Positions 16,554 through 25,545 of a stretch of DNA of 64,000 nucleotides are shown one piece after another. Positions within the stretch are counted from its first letter, which is position 1, and each line of letters starts with the position of its first letter. Source of the stretch: Gemmatimonadota bacterium. Lineage in GTDB: Bacteria; Latescibacterota; UBA2968; GCA-2709665. The stretch covers positions 31,874 through 95,873 of the forward strand of contig PAQK01000029.1 in assembly GCA_002709665.1 (NCBI GenBank). Direction: 5' to 3'. The notes under the pieces were generated by a model that saw only the letters and a list, made by a program, of their open reading frames with translations, searched no databases and was not told where the DNA came from. The translations under genes and the position numbers were made by a program.

Positions 16554-18752
16554 CTACGGGGCGATCCGGCAGAAGCTTGCCGGATCGCTTTGATTCGTGT
16601 ACTGTGTTGCGATCCAACCTGCGCTGCGCGCAAGTGAAGAAACTCTCACTTCCCCGATCCCCCCTCGAAATGCGGCTGTCCCATCGAGCATACCTCCTAT
16701 GCAGACATGCGTATCGTTCCTGACGATATTGCCGCTCGCTGCCTGGGTGTTCGCGAGTCGACCGTTGATGTAGAGGCTGATCGACCGGCCATCATAGATG
16801 CCTGCAAGGTGGTGACGACCCTCGAGAGGCCTGCTGTTGGAAGCGATGCTGACCACACCTCGGTCAGTGTTCACAAGGAATCGCGTGCCGGGGATTGCCG
16901 CACACAGGCCGCCGTTGTGACCCAGGTCAGAGTATCGAAGGCTGAAGGAGGCATTCTCCCCCGTGGTGTCATATCTAAGGACTCGACCGTTTCCAATAAT
17001 ACGTTCGGGAAAGCCCGTACCATCCATCCAGGCACCGTAGTAGAGAAACCTTCCGTCTGTAGCTCCGCCATTGAATCCTACCGTCTTGATTCCGTCGGTA
17101 ACGCCCGAGTCCGTGGCCATCCAGCTCTCCGGATCTGTGAAGGGCAGCCCGGTGTCGTAGCGAAGGGTAACACCGTGAAAGTTGTCTCCTGCGTCCCAGT
17201 AAGGGATGTAGTAAACATAACGACCGTCGTAAAAGGCACCATCGAATCCGAGGACATTCAGGCCCGGTATCCTGGGGAGATGGCAGGCACTCCACGAGGC
17301 GCCGTCGTGGAAGGATGCACGGGTGTCGTATCGTATTGCGTGTTCGCTTGCACCATATGGCACATAGTAGATGAACTGGCCGTCGAATACTGCGCCTACA
17401 CAACGCTGCATTCCCAGCAATGTTGCATCGTAGGCTTCCCAGGCGGACCTGTCCTGAAATTCTGCCTCCGTGTCGTAACGTAGAGGTGCGCCATATGATA
17501 ACGGGGCGAAGTAGACGTGTCTTCCATCGAAGACTGCACCATCGTAATCCCGGGTGTTGAGTCCGCCAGTGTCCGACACATCCTGGATCCGCCATGCGCC
17601 AGGGTCATCGAATTCACCATGCGTGTCGTAGCGCATTACATCACCACTGCTTATCAAGAGCTGGTCGGTACTCATACCTGTAACGGAAGGTGAACTGTCA
17701 TCCGTCTCCTCATCCGAGCTCTGTTTTGGAATGGATTTCTGACCCGGACAGAGGTAGACGTATCTTCCATCGAATGCGGCTGACTGAGACGAGTTGGTAC
17801 CGGATGCCTCAAAGGCCTCCCAGTTGCCGGGATCACGAAATTCACCCCGGGTGTCGAAGCGCAGCACTCGCGAGTGGAAGTTGTCGGGGTCGCGTCTCGG
17901 CGGATAAATGACGTAACGTCCATCGAATACTGCGCCGTAGTACCCCTTGGTATTCAAACCGTTGGTTGCACCGGCATCATACCCTTCCCAGCTGCCCGAG
18001 TCGAAAAAGTTACCGTGCGTGTCGAATCTGAGGGCCTTGCCATGGCGGTCAGACATGTCGTGCTGAGGTGAGAAGTAGATGTATCGCCCATCGAATACCG
18101 CCCCGAAGAACCCCGACGTATCGAGCCCATCGGTGTTACCGGCGTCGTAGGCGCTGAAGGATTCGAGATCCGAATTCAGTCCCCACTTCGAGATCACTGG
18201 CTGGATGGTCTCTGCAACCGGGTAAGCAGGATCCACCCAGGCTTCGACGGTGACGGCATCACGAAGGTTCAGTCGGTCATTGTTCGGAACTACGGTTAGC
18301 TGTTTCTGAGTCCGGATAGACGCCTCTGAAGTGGAATCGGACGGGGCGGACAGATCGTGAATGACCAGGCGATAGGCTTCATCCCACACACCTGACTGTC
18401 CCTTGTGCTCGGCAAAGGTTCGACTGATCACATGCAGTTCCGTATCTTCCGTTTCTGATATGGTAGGGACGGTCACCCAGGCTCTTAGCGCGCCCTTCGC
18501 TGAATCGTATGTGACAATTTCGCTGGGGAGCGGGTGGGCTTGACCCTCGAGCTTGAACTGAATATCGCTTCCACTTTCGCGTTTTACGATACCACCGGAA
18601 GAGCTTGGTGTGAGCCTGGCGTCTTCGACTACTACCAGGAGAGGGAAGTCAGTATGCGGCCCGCCTGATACTCTGGTTCGGTCAATCGTCAGTCTTATCC
18701 TGTCGTCACCTGACTCAGGCATAAAGAACTCCGTTCGTGTTGGTTGGTTCAT
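16554..18752 (-). CDS. DUF2341-like N-terminal domain plus a LamG/concanavalin-like domain split by a seven-repeat (propeller-like) insertion
   Basis: N-terminus RIRLTIDRTRVSGGPHTDFPLLVVV...SDIQF...LPSEIVTYD...ALRAWVTVPTIS (DUF2341 pattern). LamG start DAVTVEAWV...QPVISKW. LamG end HHLAGIYDGRSISLYINGRL...IGGMLDG..FRGGIGEVRVSS.ARSAGWI. Seven W..[YF][DE]..G..G[AG].[FY]DGR[YH][VI]Y...[LIM]R[FY]DT units lie between the two LamG parts. No signal peptide is visible. Confidence 0.65.
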   Translation of the reverse strand: MNQPTRTEFFMPESGDDRIRLTIDRTRVSGGPHTDFPLLVVVEDARLTPSSSGGIVKRESGSDIQFKLEGQAHPLPSEIVTYDSAKGALRAWVTVPTISETEDTELHVISRTFAEHKGQSGVWDEAYRLVIHDLSAPSDSTSEASIRTQKQLTVVPNNDRLNLRDAVTVEAWVDPAYPVAETIQPVISKWGLNSDLESFSAYDAGNTDGLDTSGFFGAVFDGRYIYFSPQHDMSDRHGKALRFDTHGNFFDSGSWEGYDAGATNGLNTKGYYGAVFDGRYVIYPPRRDPDNFHSRVLRFDTRGEFRDPGNWEAFEASGTNSSQSAAFDGRYVYLCPGQKSIPKQSSDEETDDSSPSVTGMSTDQLLISSGDVMRYDTHGEFDDPGAWRIQDVSDTGGLNTRDYDGAVFDGRHVYFAPLSYGAPLRYDTEAEFQDRSAWEAYDATLLGMQRCVGAVFDGQFIYYVPYGASEHAIRYDTRASFHDGASWSACHLPRIPGLNVLGFDGAFYDGRYVYYIPYWDAGDNFHGVTLRYDTGLPFTDPESWMATDSGVTDGIKTVGFNGGATDGRFLYYGAWMDGTGFPERIIGNGRVLRYDTTGENASFSLRYSDLGHNGGLCAAIPGTRFLVNTDRGVVSIASNSRPLEGRHHLAGIYDGRSISLYINGRLANTQAASGNIVRNDTHVCIGGMLDGTAAFRGGIGEVRVSSLARSAGWIATQYTNQSDPASFCRIAP
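16953..18164 (-). repeat. Seven tandem ~50-75-aa protein repeats inside the 732-aa gene
   Basis: Repeat cores: GAVFDGRYIYF, GAVFDGRYVIY, AAFDGRYVYL, GAVFDGRHVYF, GAVFDGQFIYY, GAFYDGRYVYY, GGATDGRFLYY. Each is followed by LRFDT / LRFDT / MRYDT / LRYDT / IRYDT / LRYDT / LRYDT. Confidence 0.8.
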
Positions 18753-18841
18753 GCCAGCTTGTCGCGAGGTTTGAAATGGCCGAATCAGATGTTATATTAC
18801 TCAATCACCCGAGCCAAACCAACCCAAAACCTGGAGCAGAA

Positions 18842-19306
18842 ATGGGCATTGTAGCGGGACATCATCATGGGTTTACCGTGTCTGACGTGGAGCGCTCTGT
18901 TGCGTTTTACAGGGACCTCCTCGGTCTGGAGCTTGTTCGTGTGTCAGATCGTTCGAACCTGCCGTCATATGACCGGATACTGGGGTATGGGGATGTGCAT
19001 ATTAAAATCGCCATTCTTCGGCACGAGAAGAATGAGTTCGTACTCGAACTGGTGCAATATATCAATCCATCGGTTGAGCACCGAGAACAGGAGAACAAAT
19101 ACCTGGGTGCCTCCCACCTCGCTTTCGAGGTGGATGATGTAGATGGGATGTATAAGGCACTGAGGGCAGGTGGTTTTGGGAGTATCAATCCTCCAACAGA
19201 TGTGGAGCGGGACGGAAAGGTTGTAGCACGTGCGATGTATGCACTTGATCCGGACGGCATCAGCATCGAGATGTTCCAGGAGTACGAGGACGTGATCAGT
19301 CAATAG
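18842..19306 (+). CDS. VOC-family protein (glyoxalase / bleomycin resistance / dioxygenase fold)
   Basis: Start moved to ATG 18842 (MGIVAGHHHGFTVSDVERSVAFYRDLLGLELV). Second half: SHLAFEVDDVDGMYKALRAGG...DPDGISIEMFQ. Confidence 0.7.
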   Translation: MGIVAGHHHGFTVSDVERSVAFYRDLLGLELVRVSDRSNLPSYDRILGYGDVHIKIAILRHEKNEFVLELVQYINPSVEHREQENKYLGASHLAFEVDDVDGMYKALRAGGFGSINPPTDVERDGKVVARAMYALDPDGISIEMFQEYEDVISQ

Positions 19307-19329
19307 ACAATTGGAAGGTCGGATGTTTG

Positions 19330-19375
19330 TGGTCGCGATGCGCGAAATCTGGTGCGTTTCGCGACCATTTCATTT
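19330..19375 (+). terminator. Putative Rho-independent terminator
   Basis: Stem TGGTCGCGA / TCGCGACCA (9 bp) around a ~20-nt structured loop, followed by TTTCATTT. Confidence 0.4.
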
Positions 19376-19396
19376 ATGCATATCCGAGGAGATTAG

Positions 19397-20509
19397 ATGG
19401 CCGATCGGAAGCTGTTCAAGGCTTACTTCGATGCGACACTGATCCAGGAATTGGGCAAGAGCCTCAAATCCTTCTACCCTGCATTTGACGAGTCTGGATT
19501 CGCATAGAATCTTGTGAATGAAATGCAGGCATTGAAACTCAAGGACCGGTTTCGTCTGATCTCCAGGAGACTCGAGGAGTTCCTGCCGAGGTCCTATCCA
19601 GATGCCCTAGAGGTCCTTGCGAGGAGTCTGGATCCTGTGACCAAAGATAAAGAGGAGTTCAGGTATGGATTTCGGCTGATGCCGGTTGCCCATTTTGTGG
19701 AGATCAATGGCCTGGCGCATTTCCACGAATCCATAGCGGCGCTCTACGAGATTACGAAGAGACACACTGTGGAATTCGCGATCAGGCCTTTTTTGCTCGA
19801 ACAAGAGAAGCGTACGCTTTAGGTATTACGGAAGTGGGCGACGGACAGTAGCGAAGATGTGAGACGATTGGTCAGTGAGAGTATGCGCCCCAGATTGCCC
19901 TGGGATTCTCGACTCGGCCCATTCATTGACGATCCCACACCGGTTATCGAACTTCTGGGATTCCTGAAGGATGACGACTCTTTGTACGTCAGACGTTCCG
20001 TTGACAACAACCTGAATGACATCAGCAAGGATCATCCACAGGTGGTTCTGAATACCTTGAAGCGGTGGCAGTCGGAAGGTGGGGACCGTGTCGGCTGGAT
20101 TATCCGACACGCATTGCGTGGTCTCGTCAAGGAAGGAGATCCAGGGGCGCTGGCCTTGATCGGTGTGCACAAACCTCTGGTAACCCTGACACGTCTCAGG
20201 CTGAAGCCGCGGAGGGTCGAATTCGGCAATTACATTTCCGTGAAGTTCGAGGTCGAGAGCCGGTCCAGGAAACTGCAACGGCTGGTGATAGACTACATCG
20301 TTCATTTTGTAAAATCGAATGTGAAACGAAGCCCCAAGGTCTTTAAGCTGAGTATCAGGAAGTTGAACGCAGGGGAGAAGGTGTATATAGAGCGGAGGCA
20401 CACCTTCAAACCGATTACCACCCGAAAACACTACTCAGGTAAGCATCGATTCGAGATTCAGGTAAACGGTGTGATTATGGCGGGGGCAGACTTCAAATTG
20501 GTTATGTAG
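19397..20509 (+). pseudogene. DNA alkylation repair enzyme-like HEAT-repeat protein (AlkD/COG4335-like) carrying two in-frame TAG codons
   Basis: ATG 19397 with GAGGAG upstream. Three pieces lie in one frame: MADRKLFKAYFDATLIQELGKSLKSFYPAFDESGFA*NLVNEMQALKLKDRF...LLEQEKRTL*VLRKWATDSSEDVRRLVSESMRPRLPW...NNLNDISKDHP.... TAGs at 19505-19507 and 19820-19822. Total 371 codons, the usual size for this family. Confidence 0.65.
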
Positions 20510-20523
20510 CTGTCAGGTAAATA

Positions 20524-21120
20524 TCAACCCTTTTTCAGATATGTAATCACCTGCGGTCCTTCTGGATTATTTACACGGACAGCTTCTCCCAGATCGAGTT
20601 GCTGAATCAGGGAGATTTTTTCTTCAATGATCTCAGGGCTTCTGTCGTAGAACCCCATTATCAACCTGCCGCCGTCTGCGACACGATCAAAGGCCATCTC
20701 AAGCAGGTCTGCCCTGTCCGGCGTGTCGAACAGGTAACCATCCCAGATATTCCAATAAACAAAATCGTACGACTCCGGGAGATTTCGACCCAACTCCGAG
20801 AACTGTTCAATCGGAAGGTTCACGAATTGTTGCGTCGTGGCGGGAAAAAAGGTCTGCGTGTCTCGGATCCTGCTCCTGCTGGCGTCCATACCAAATGGCT
20901 CGAGGTCGTGGTTGGACCACTCCTGGAGAGATCTGAGCAATAATCCGTTTGCGCATCCGATATCCAGGATTGTGCCAGGACGATGGATGGCCCCTGCAAT
21001 GAACGATCTAGCATCTTTCCACGCCTCGATGGAAGACCCGTCCACGCAACTTCCGTTCAAGGCTTTCCTCAGTAGATTCGGGTCCGATTTCAGATCCGCA
21101 ATGTCTACAGATGATTTCAT
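20524..21120 (-). CDS. Class I SAM-dependent methyltransferase
   Basis: 198 aa with motif I ILDIGCANGLLL and downstream FDFVYWNIW / GGRLIMG blocks. Confidence 0.7.
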   Translation of the reverse strand: MKSSVDIADLKSDPNLLRKALNGSCVDGSSIEAWKDARSFIAGAIHRPGTILDIGCANGLLLRSLQEWSNHDLEPFGMDASRSRIRDTQTFFPATTQQFVNLPIEQFSELGRNLPESYDFVYWNIWDGYLFDTPDRADLLEMAFDRVADGGRLIMGFYDRSPEIIEEKISLIQQLDLGEAVRVNNPEGPQVITYLKKG

Positions 21121-21139
21121 AGCAAAGACCTTGAGGATG

Positions 21140-21823
21140 CTAACGAGGATCGTAAATGTCCGATCCCTCGAGGGGAAGGGGCACTGCCCAGATATTCCGG
21201 TAACAGACCAGGTCTTTGTGATCCTGAAGTCTAAGGGGACCTGAACTTACAACCGCAATCTTGGATGCTGAGCCGGTTGGACCCAGCAGCTGGATGTTAT
21301 TCTGGATTATGGAGCCGTTGAGGAAGATTGTCGCACGGGGCTTCTCTACTACGTCGCCTGAGTCGGCGAGCCGGGGAGCACGGAACGTGATGTCATAGGT
21401 CTGCCATGTCATCGGGGGTTTGCAGGCGTTCACCAAGGGTGCGAACTGTTCATAGAAAGCTCCACAATCACCTTTACCGGGTATGTTGATCCCATATGAG
21501 TCCAGCACCTGGACCTCGTACAATCCGTGTAGGAATATGCCGCTGTTTCCCTTCTGCTGACCCGTGGCCTCGGGCAGGTCCGGACACCTGAACTCAATGT
21601 GGAGATAGAAGTCGGTAAGAGATTCTGTTAAGACGATATCGCCTGTTCGAGGCACCACGTGGATGACCCCGTCTTTGACCTTCCACTCAGGCTTACCACC
21701 ATCTGGGGTAGTCCAATTTGACAGGTCCCTTCCATTGAACAACTGAATTGCGTCGGCCGGAGGCACGGCTCCTGTGGTGTCCATTCGGTCTCCCTTTAAA
21801 TTCCATTGATGAGGTCCATGCAA
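21140..21823 (-). CDS. DUF1080 (3-keto-disaccharide hydrolase-like, concanavalin fold) protein
   Basis: LFNGRDLSNWTT...WKVKDGVIHV...GNSGIFLHGLYEVQVLDS...CGAFY...RLQDHKDLVCYRNIW is the family pattern. No signal peptide. Confidence 0.7.
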   Translation of the reverse strand: MHGPHQWNLKGDRMDTTGAVPPADAIQLFNGRDLSNWTTPDGGKPEWKVKDGVIHVVPRTGDIVLTESLTDFYLHIEFRCPDLPEATGQQKGNSGIFLHGLYEVQVLDSYGINIPGKGDCGAFYEQFAPLVNACKPPMTWQTYDITFRAPRLADSGDVVEKPRATIFLNGSIIQNNIQLLGPTGSASKIAVVSSGPLRLQDHKDLVCYRNIWAVPLPLEGSDIYDPR

Positions 21824-21843
21824 TCTTGCCGATTGCAGAGTCG

Positions 21844-23019
21844 CTATGCTCTTGCGTGCTGCGATTCACCGGGAGGCGTGTATTTCACGCTCAGATGGGG
21901 CGTATCCAGTTTGACGTTGCCCTGATGTCTCGACTGCAGGCAGCTTTCAAGGGCTCCACTGACAATAAGGGTACGTTCAGCGGGAAAGGGGGCTTTGCCT
22001 GTGGTGATCATCTCTTCGATTTTTCTTATGAGGCACGCCGAGTAGGTGACGTTGGGCGTAGGTGAAAGGAAGAATTGGTTCGATACCGGTTGGGTATCTC
22101 CCTTCAGCCTGGCGGCGAAGCAATAGTCCTTAATCGCACCATTCAGCATAAGAAGTGTAGCCCTGAGGCCGTCGTTGAATTCAAGCAGGTAAGCTGCAGG
22201 TTTTTCGGTCAATCGCATCAGTTCACCATTGCCCAGCAGGTCCTGCGTTCGGCCATCTTCAACACTGAGCCCCTGAGGCGAATCACAGCGTGACAGTGCA
22301 GCCTCGAGCAACTCCTTCGACCATAGTCCCGATTCCCCCGCCTTCCAAGCGGCTTTGCCGTCGAGGAGCTGAACCGATTTGACGCCGGATTCGCCACCCT
22401 TACGGCGTTCTATCATGCATTGCATGCCTTCCAGCGCGTGGTAATCCATCGGGTCTGATCCACCTACACCGATCATCAGCGCTTCTTCAATTTCACAACC
22501 GAGCGGGAGTTCCAGGTCGGGCAACCGCCAGGATACCGGCAGAGATGAGCCTGCCAGGAGCGGAAACTGCAGCCTGTGGGCGTCTTCCACCATTTCGCTC
22601 GCTTTTTCGAAGCTGTAGGAGAGGTGCTTGTCATTGTAGATTGGCACGGATCTGCCGTCCGCCTCGAAGACTTCGACGCATTGCTTGAAGAATTCGTGAC
22701 GCGGATAGAGCTTCTGACCGATCTCGCTTATAGGGTACTCACCGTGTTCGCCAATGATGAGTACCGCATCGACCGCAATCTTTTCGCCGCCGCACCGAAG
22801 TGTTTCAGCGATTGTGGCGTAGACACCAAAGCCGAATTCCCTGGCGCGGTCCTGGCTCTGGTCCCCGGCAGGACTCTGATCGACATAGAGGGACACCACC
22901 TTCATTTCGGGACGGCGCCATTCGCCCTCGTATGGATAGCCGACGAGGAATCGGTCCACGAAGTGCTGGGCGTGAGAAAGGTAGCGGTAGATGGTTGTAA
23001 CTACAGCTATGGAGGTCAT
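21844..23019 (-). CDS. Uncharacterised protein, paralog A of a tandem pair (possible degenerate Gfo/Idh/MocA-like fold)
   Basis: 391-aa intact ORF that aligns along its full length with the upstream gene. Shared blocks: HAQHFVDRFL.GY, VSLYVDQ, IGEHGEY, LYPR.E..KQ, NDKHLS, AGSSLPV.WR.P, GG.D.Y.F.H.LE..QCM.ERR.GGESGVK. Confidence 0.5.
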   Translation of the reverse strand: MTSIAVVTTIYRYLSHAQHFVDRFLVGYPYEGEWRRPEMKVVSLYVDQSPAGDQSQDRAREFGFGVYATIAETLRCGGEKIAVDAVLIIGEHGEYPISEIGQKLYPRHEFFKQCVEVFEADGRSVPIYNDKHLSYSFEKASEMVEDAHRLQFPLLAGSSLPVSWRLPDLELPLGCEIEEALMIGVGGSDPMDYHALEGMQCMIERRKGGESGVKSVQLLDGKAAWKAGESGLWSKELLEAALSRCDSPQGLSVEDGRTQDLLGNGELMRLTEKPAAYLLEFNDGLRATLLMLNGAIKDYCFAARLKGDTQPVSNQFFLSPTPNVTYSACLIRKIEEMITTGKAPFPAERTLIVSGALESCLQSRHQGNVKLDTPHLSVKYTPPGESQHARA

Positions 23020-23086
23020 ATAAAAGTGTCGAGTGTCGCCATGTCTGTGGCCTAAAGGAAGAAGTCGATAATGTCGGTCACAGGGA

Positions 23087-24322
23087 TTAAGTGTGCCAGT
23101 AGGTTGAGTATTCAGTAGATGTGTACTGGATATTCAAGTGGGGTGTTTGGATTTTGGCTCCTTCCTGATGAAGGCTGTCTATTCCTGCTGCAACGAGACC
23201 GGTGGTGAGAAGGGTACGTTCGACCGGGTAGGACGGTTCGCCCTTGAGAAACATGCTTTCCACAAGATTGACTTGAGGTGAGAAGAAATTGGCCAGAGTC
23301 GTGTGTGAAGGTGGCATGGGTAGATACATCTGAGTAGACAGTGGCGATTTTCTATCGGCCAATTTTCCAGCGAAATTGAAGTCGCGAACGAGGCCGTTCA
23401 TCATCATTACCGTCGATTTCATGCCATCTGTGTGCTCATACCGGTATGCGATCGGGTCTTCTACAAGCGATCTCATTTCGTCAATTGTGGGGAACGAGTG
23501 ATTGAAGCCCTGTCTTGACGTTGCGAGTGTGTGACTTCGGCACAGTGCGGATTCGAAGAGCTCCCGACTCCAGAGCTTCTCATGGTGCGCTTCCCAGAAC
23601 TGATCGCCGCGATACGCCTGAAGACATTTTACTCCCGATTCGCCTCCGTATCTACGTTCAACCATGCATTGTGCAGTTTCAAGCCCGTGGAAATCGTAAC
23701 TGTCAGGTCCTCCGTAGCCAACACAAAGCCCCTCGGAGACGTCCGCCCCAAAGGGCATATCGACAGAGGGTGTTCGCCAGGTGACAGGGAGAGAAGAACC
23801 AGCCATAAATGCGAAGCCCAGTTCCACCGAGATGTCGTACATCTCTTTTGCCCACTCCCAGTTCCATGACAGATGTTTGTCATTGAATATGGGTGCTGAT
23901 CTTCCGGTGGTTCTGTACACCGAGACGATTTGCTTGTAGAGTTCGTAGCGAGGGTAGAGGTGCTGGCCCTTTTCATTCTTCCCATACTCTCCGTGCTCAC
24001 CGATCAGTAGCACGCCATCCACCGCGAGCTCGTTGGTTCCAAGTGTAAGTGCATCCGCTACAGTCGGATAGATAGTCAGTTGAGGGAATCGGTCTGCACG
24101 ATCACGGCTCAAATCATTCTCGCCGACCTGGTCAACATAGAGGGAAACAAGATCCATGGGTGGACGGTGGTGGCGACTGTTCCAGCCATAACCCTCCAGG
24201 AAGCGATCAACGAAGTGCTGGGCGTGGGCGTATTTGTGGACGACCGTGGTGATCGCTGCGATTTTCGGCCGATCGGACAAGTGGTTTCCTTGAATAATCC
24301 ACACTGCTAAGGTAAAGCCCAA
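23087..24322 (-). CDS. Uncharacterised protein, paralog B of the tandem pair
   Basis: 411-aa intact ORF with the same conserved blocks as 21844-23019. Roughly half of the aligned residues are identical by eye. Confidence 0.5.
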   Translation of the reverse strand: MGFTLAVWIIQGNHLSDRPKIAAITTVVHKYAHAQHFVDRFLEGYGWNSRHHRPPMDLVSLYVDQVGENDLSRDRADRFPQLTIYPTVADALTLGTNELAVDGVLLIGEHGEYGKNEKGQHLYPRYELYKQIVSVYRTTGRSAPIFNDKHLSWNWEWAKEMYDISVELGFAFMAGSSLPVTWRTPSVDMPFGADVSEGLCVGYGGPDSYDFHGLETAQCMVERRYGGESGVKCLQAYRGDQFWEAHHEKLWSRELFESALCRSHTLATSRQGFNHSFPTIDEMRSLVEDPIAYRYEHTDGMKSTVMMMNGLVRDFNFAGKLADRKSPLSTQMYLPMPPSHTTLANFFSPQVNLVESMFLKGEPSYPVERTLLTTGLVAAGIDSLHQEGAKIQTPHLNIQYTSTEYSTYWHT

Positions 24323-24375
24323 GTTCCAATAAGGTCTAACGATAATACAAAAGCTGTTCCGGACACAAGTAACTT

Positions 24376-24404
24376 TTGACGGAATGATGGGGCCTGGGTA
24401 TATT
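24376..24404 (+). promoter_or_regulatory. Candidate sigma70-like promoter for surE
   Basis: TTGACG (24376-24381), 17-nt spacer, TATATT (24399-24404), 45 nt upstream of ATG 24449. Confidence 0.45.
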
Positions 24405-24448
24405 CAGAGCTTGAATGACAACGCACCCTTATCCAGAAATGGATCTTT

Positions 24449-25207
24449 ATGAATATCTTACTCACAAACGATGACAGCCACGACTCGCCTCTTTTCCATT
24501 TTGCAGTCGAGAAGTTCCGAGAAGTAGGCGATCTGGTCGTGGTTGTTCCCTTGGATGAGCAGAGCTGGAAAGGTAAGTCGATTACCAGATTCGGCGACTT
24601 GCATCTTAGTGAAATAGACGTGCCGGGAGGGACCGCTTATACGTTGAACGGGACACCCGCGGATTGTGTTAACTTCGGTATCCACCACCTCCACGATAAG
24701 AAACCTGACCTCGTGGTGTCGGGCATAAATATGGGCAGGAACACCGGCGTGGCGTTCGCATATTCCTCAGGCACGATTGGTGCCTGCTTCGAAGGGAATA
24801 TTGCAGGGATACCAGGGATTGCCCTGTCCCAGGTTCTTGCGCCCTGCGCATTCCAGTATTGGATTGCGCAGAGAACGCTGCCTGCCGAGGAACTCGCCCG
24901 AATCCGCAGACAGGCTGATGAGGTCGTAGACAAAGTTATGGATATGTACAGGGCAGACGATACATTCGGTCGGCAACGATTGACCTGGAATCTGAATATG
25001 CCCTTTCAGACAACCGAGGGTTGGGAGATCAGGGAGACATTTCTGGGCCACTCCGTCTATGGGTCCTGTTTCAAGAAGGAAGGGGATGTCTACAGGCACA
25101 GACTGGAAAGGAGAACGCCCGACACCCGGGAGGGATCGGACGTGGCGACGACGGAGGCAGGGCACGTAAGCTTAACGCGTCTGGACATGTTTGTTCTGGG
25201 TCAATAA
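24449..25207 (+). CDS. surE: 5'/3'-nucleotidase SurE family protein
   Basis: MNILLTNDDSHDSP (SurE N-terminal NDD motif, divergent after it). PDLVVSGINMGRN and SGTIGA blocks. 252 aa. Confidence 0.65.
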   Translation: MNILLTNDDSHDSPLFHFAVEKFREVGDLVVVVPLDEQSWKGKSITRFGDLHLSEIDVPGGTAYTLNGTPADCVNFGIHHLHDKKPDLVVSGINMGRNTGVAFAYSSGTIGACFEGNIAGIPGIALSQVLAPCAFQYWIAQRTLPAEELARIRRQADEVVDKVMDMYRADDTFGRQRLTWNLNMPFQTTEGWEIRETFLGHSVYGSCFKKEGDVYRHRLERRTPDTREGSDVATTEAGHVSLTRLDMFVLGQ

Positions 25208-25228
25208 TTGGCTGTAGATAAGAAGATG

Positions 25229-25256
25229 AAAAGCCGGCACAGTGCCGGCTTTTCTT
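25229..25256. terminator. Rho-independent terminator, potentially bidirectional
   Basis: AAAA-GCCGGCAC-A-GTGCCGGC-TTTTCTT. The GC stem is flanked by an A-tract and a T-tract, between surE and the receiver fragment. Confidence 0.7.
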
Positions 25257-25312
25257 GTGTGTTGACCAGATTGACGTCAGGACCTCGATCGCACCGCGAT
25301 CTTTCCGGCGCT

Positions 25313-25510
25313 CTATAGAACTCTGATGTCATAGAGGTTAAGCGCCCGCCCAACCACTTTTTCTATCTGCTCTGCTGTGAATGGTTTGGCGATCTGGAAA
25401 TCGAAGAGGGACAGCCTTGGGGCCTCTTTCTTCAGTTCCCAGCCTGTAATCAGGATCGTCACCATCAGGACGTCTTCCTGCTTCATCTTCTCGGCAACCA
25501 GATTACTCAT
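25313..25510 (-). pseudogene. Orphan C-terminal half of a CheY-like receiver domain
   Basis: MSNLVAEKMKQEDVLMVTILITGWELKKEAPRLSLFDFQIAKPFTAEQIEKVV spans helix 3 to helix 5 of a receiver, including the conserved T and the KPF lysine. No beta1-beta3 or phospho-acceptor Asp is present; the upstream in-frame sequence hits a stop and is not receiver-like. Confidence 0.5.
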
Positions 25511-25545
25511 AATGGCGACCTGTGCAACAAGGCACTCAGGTGCAC

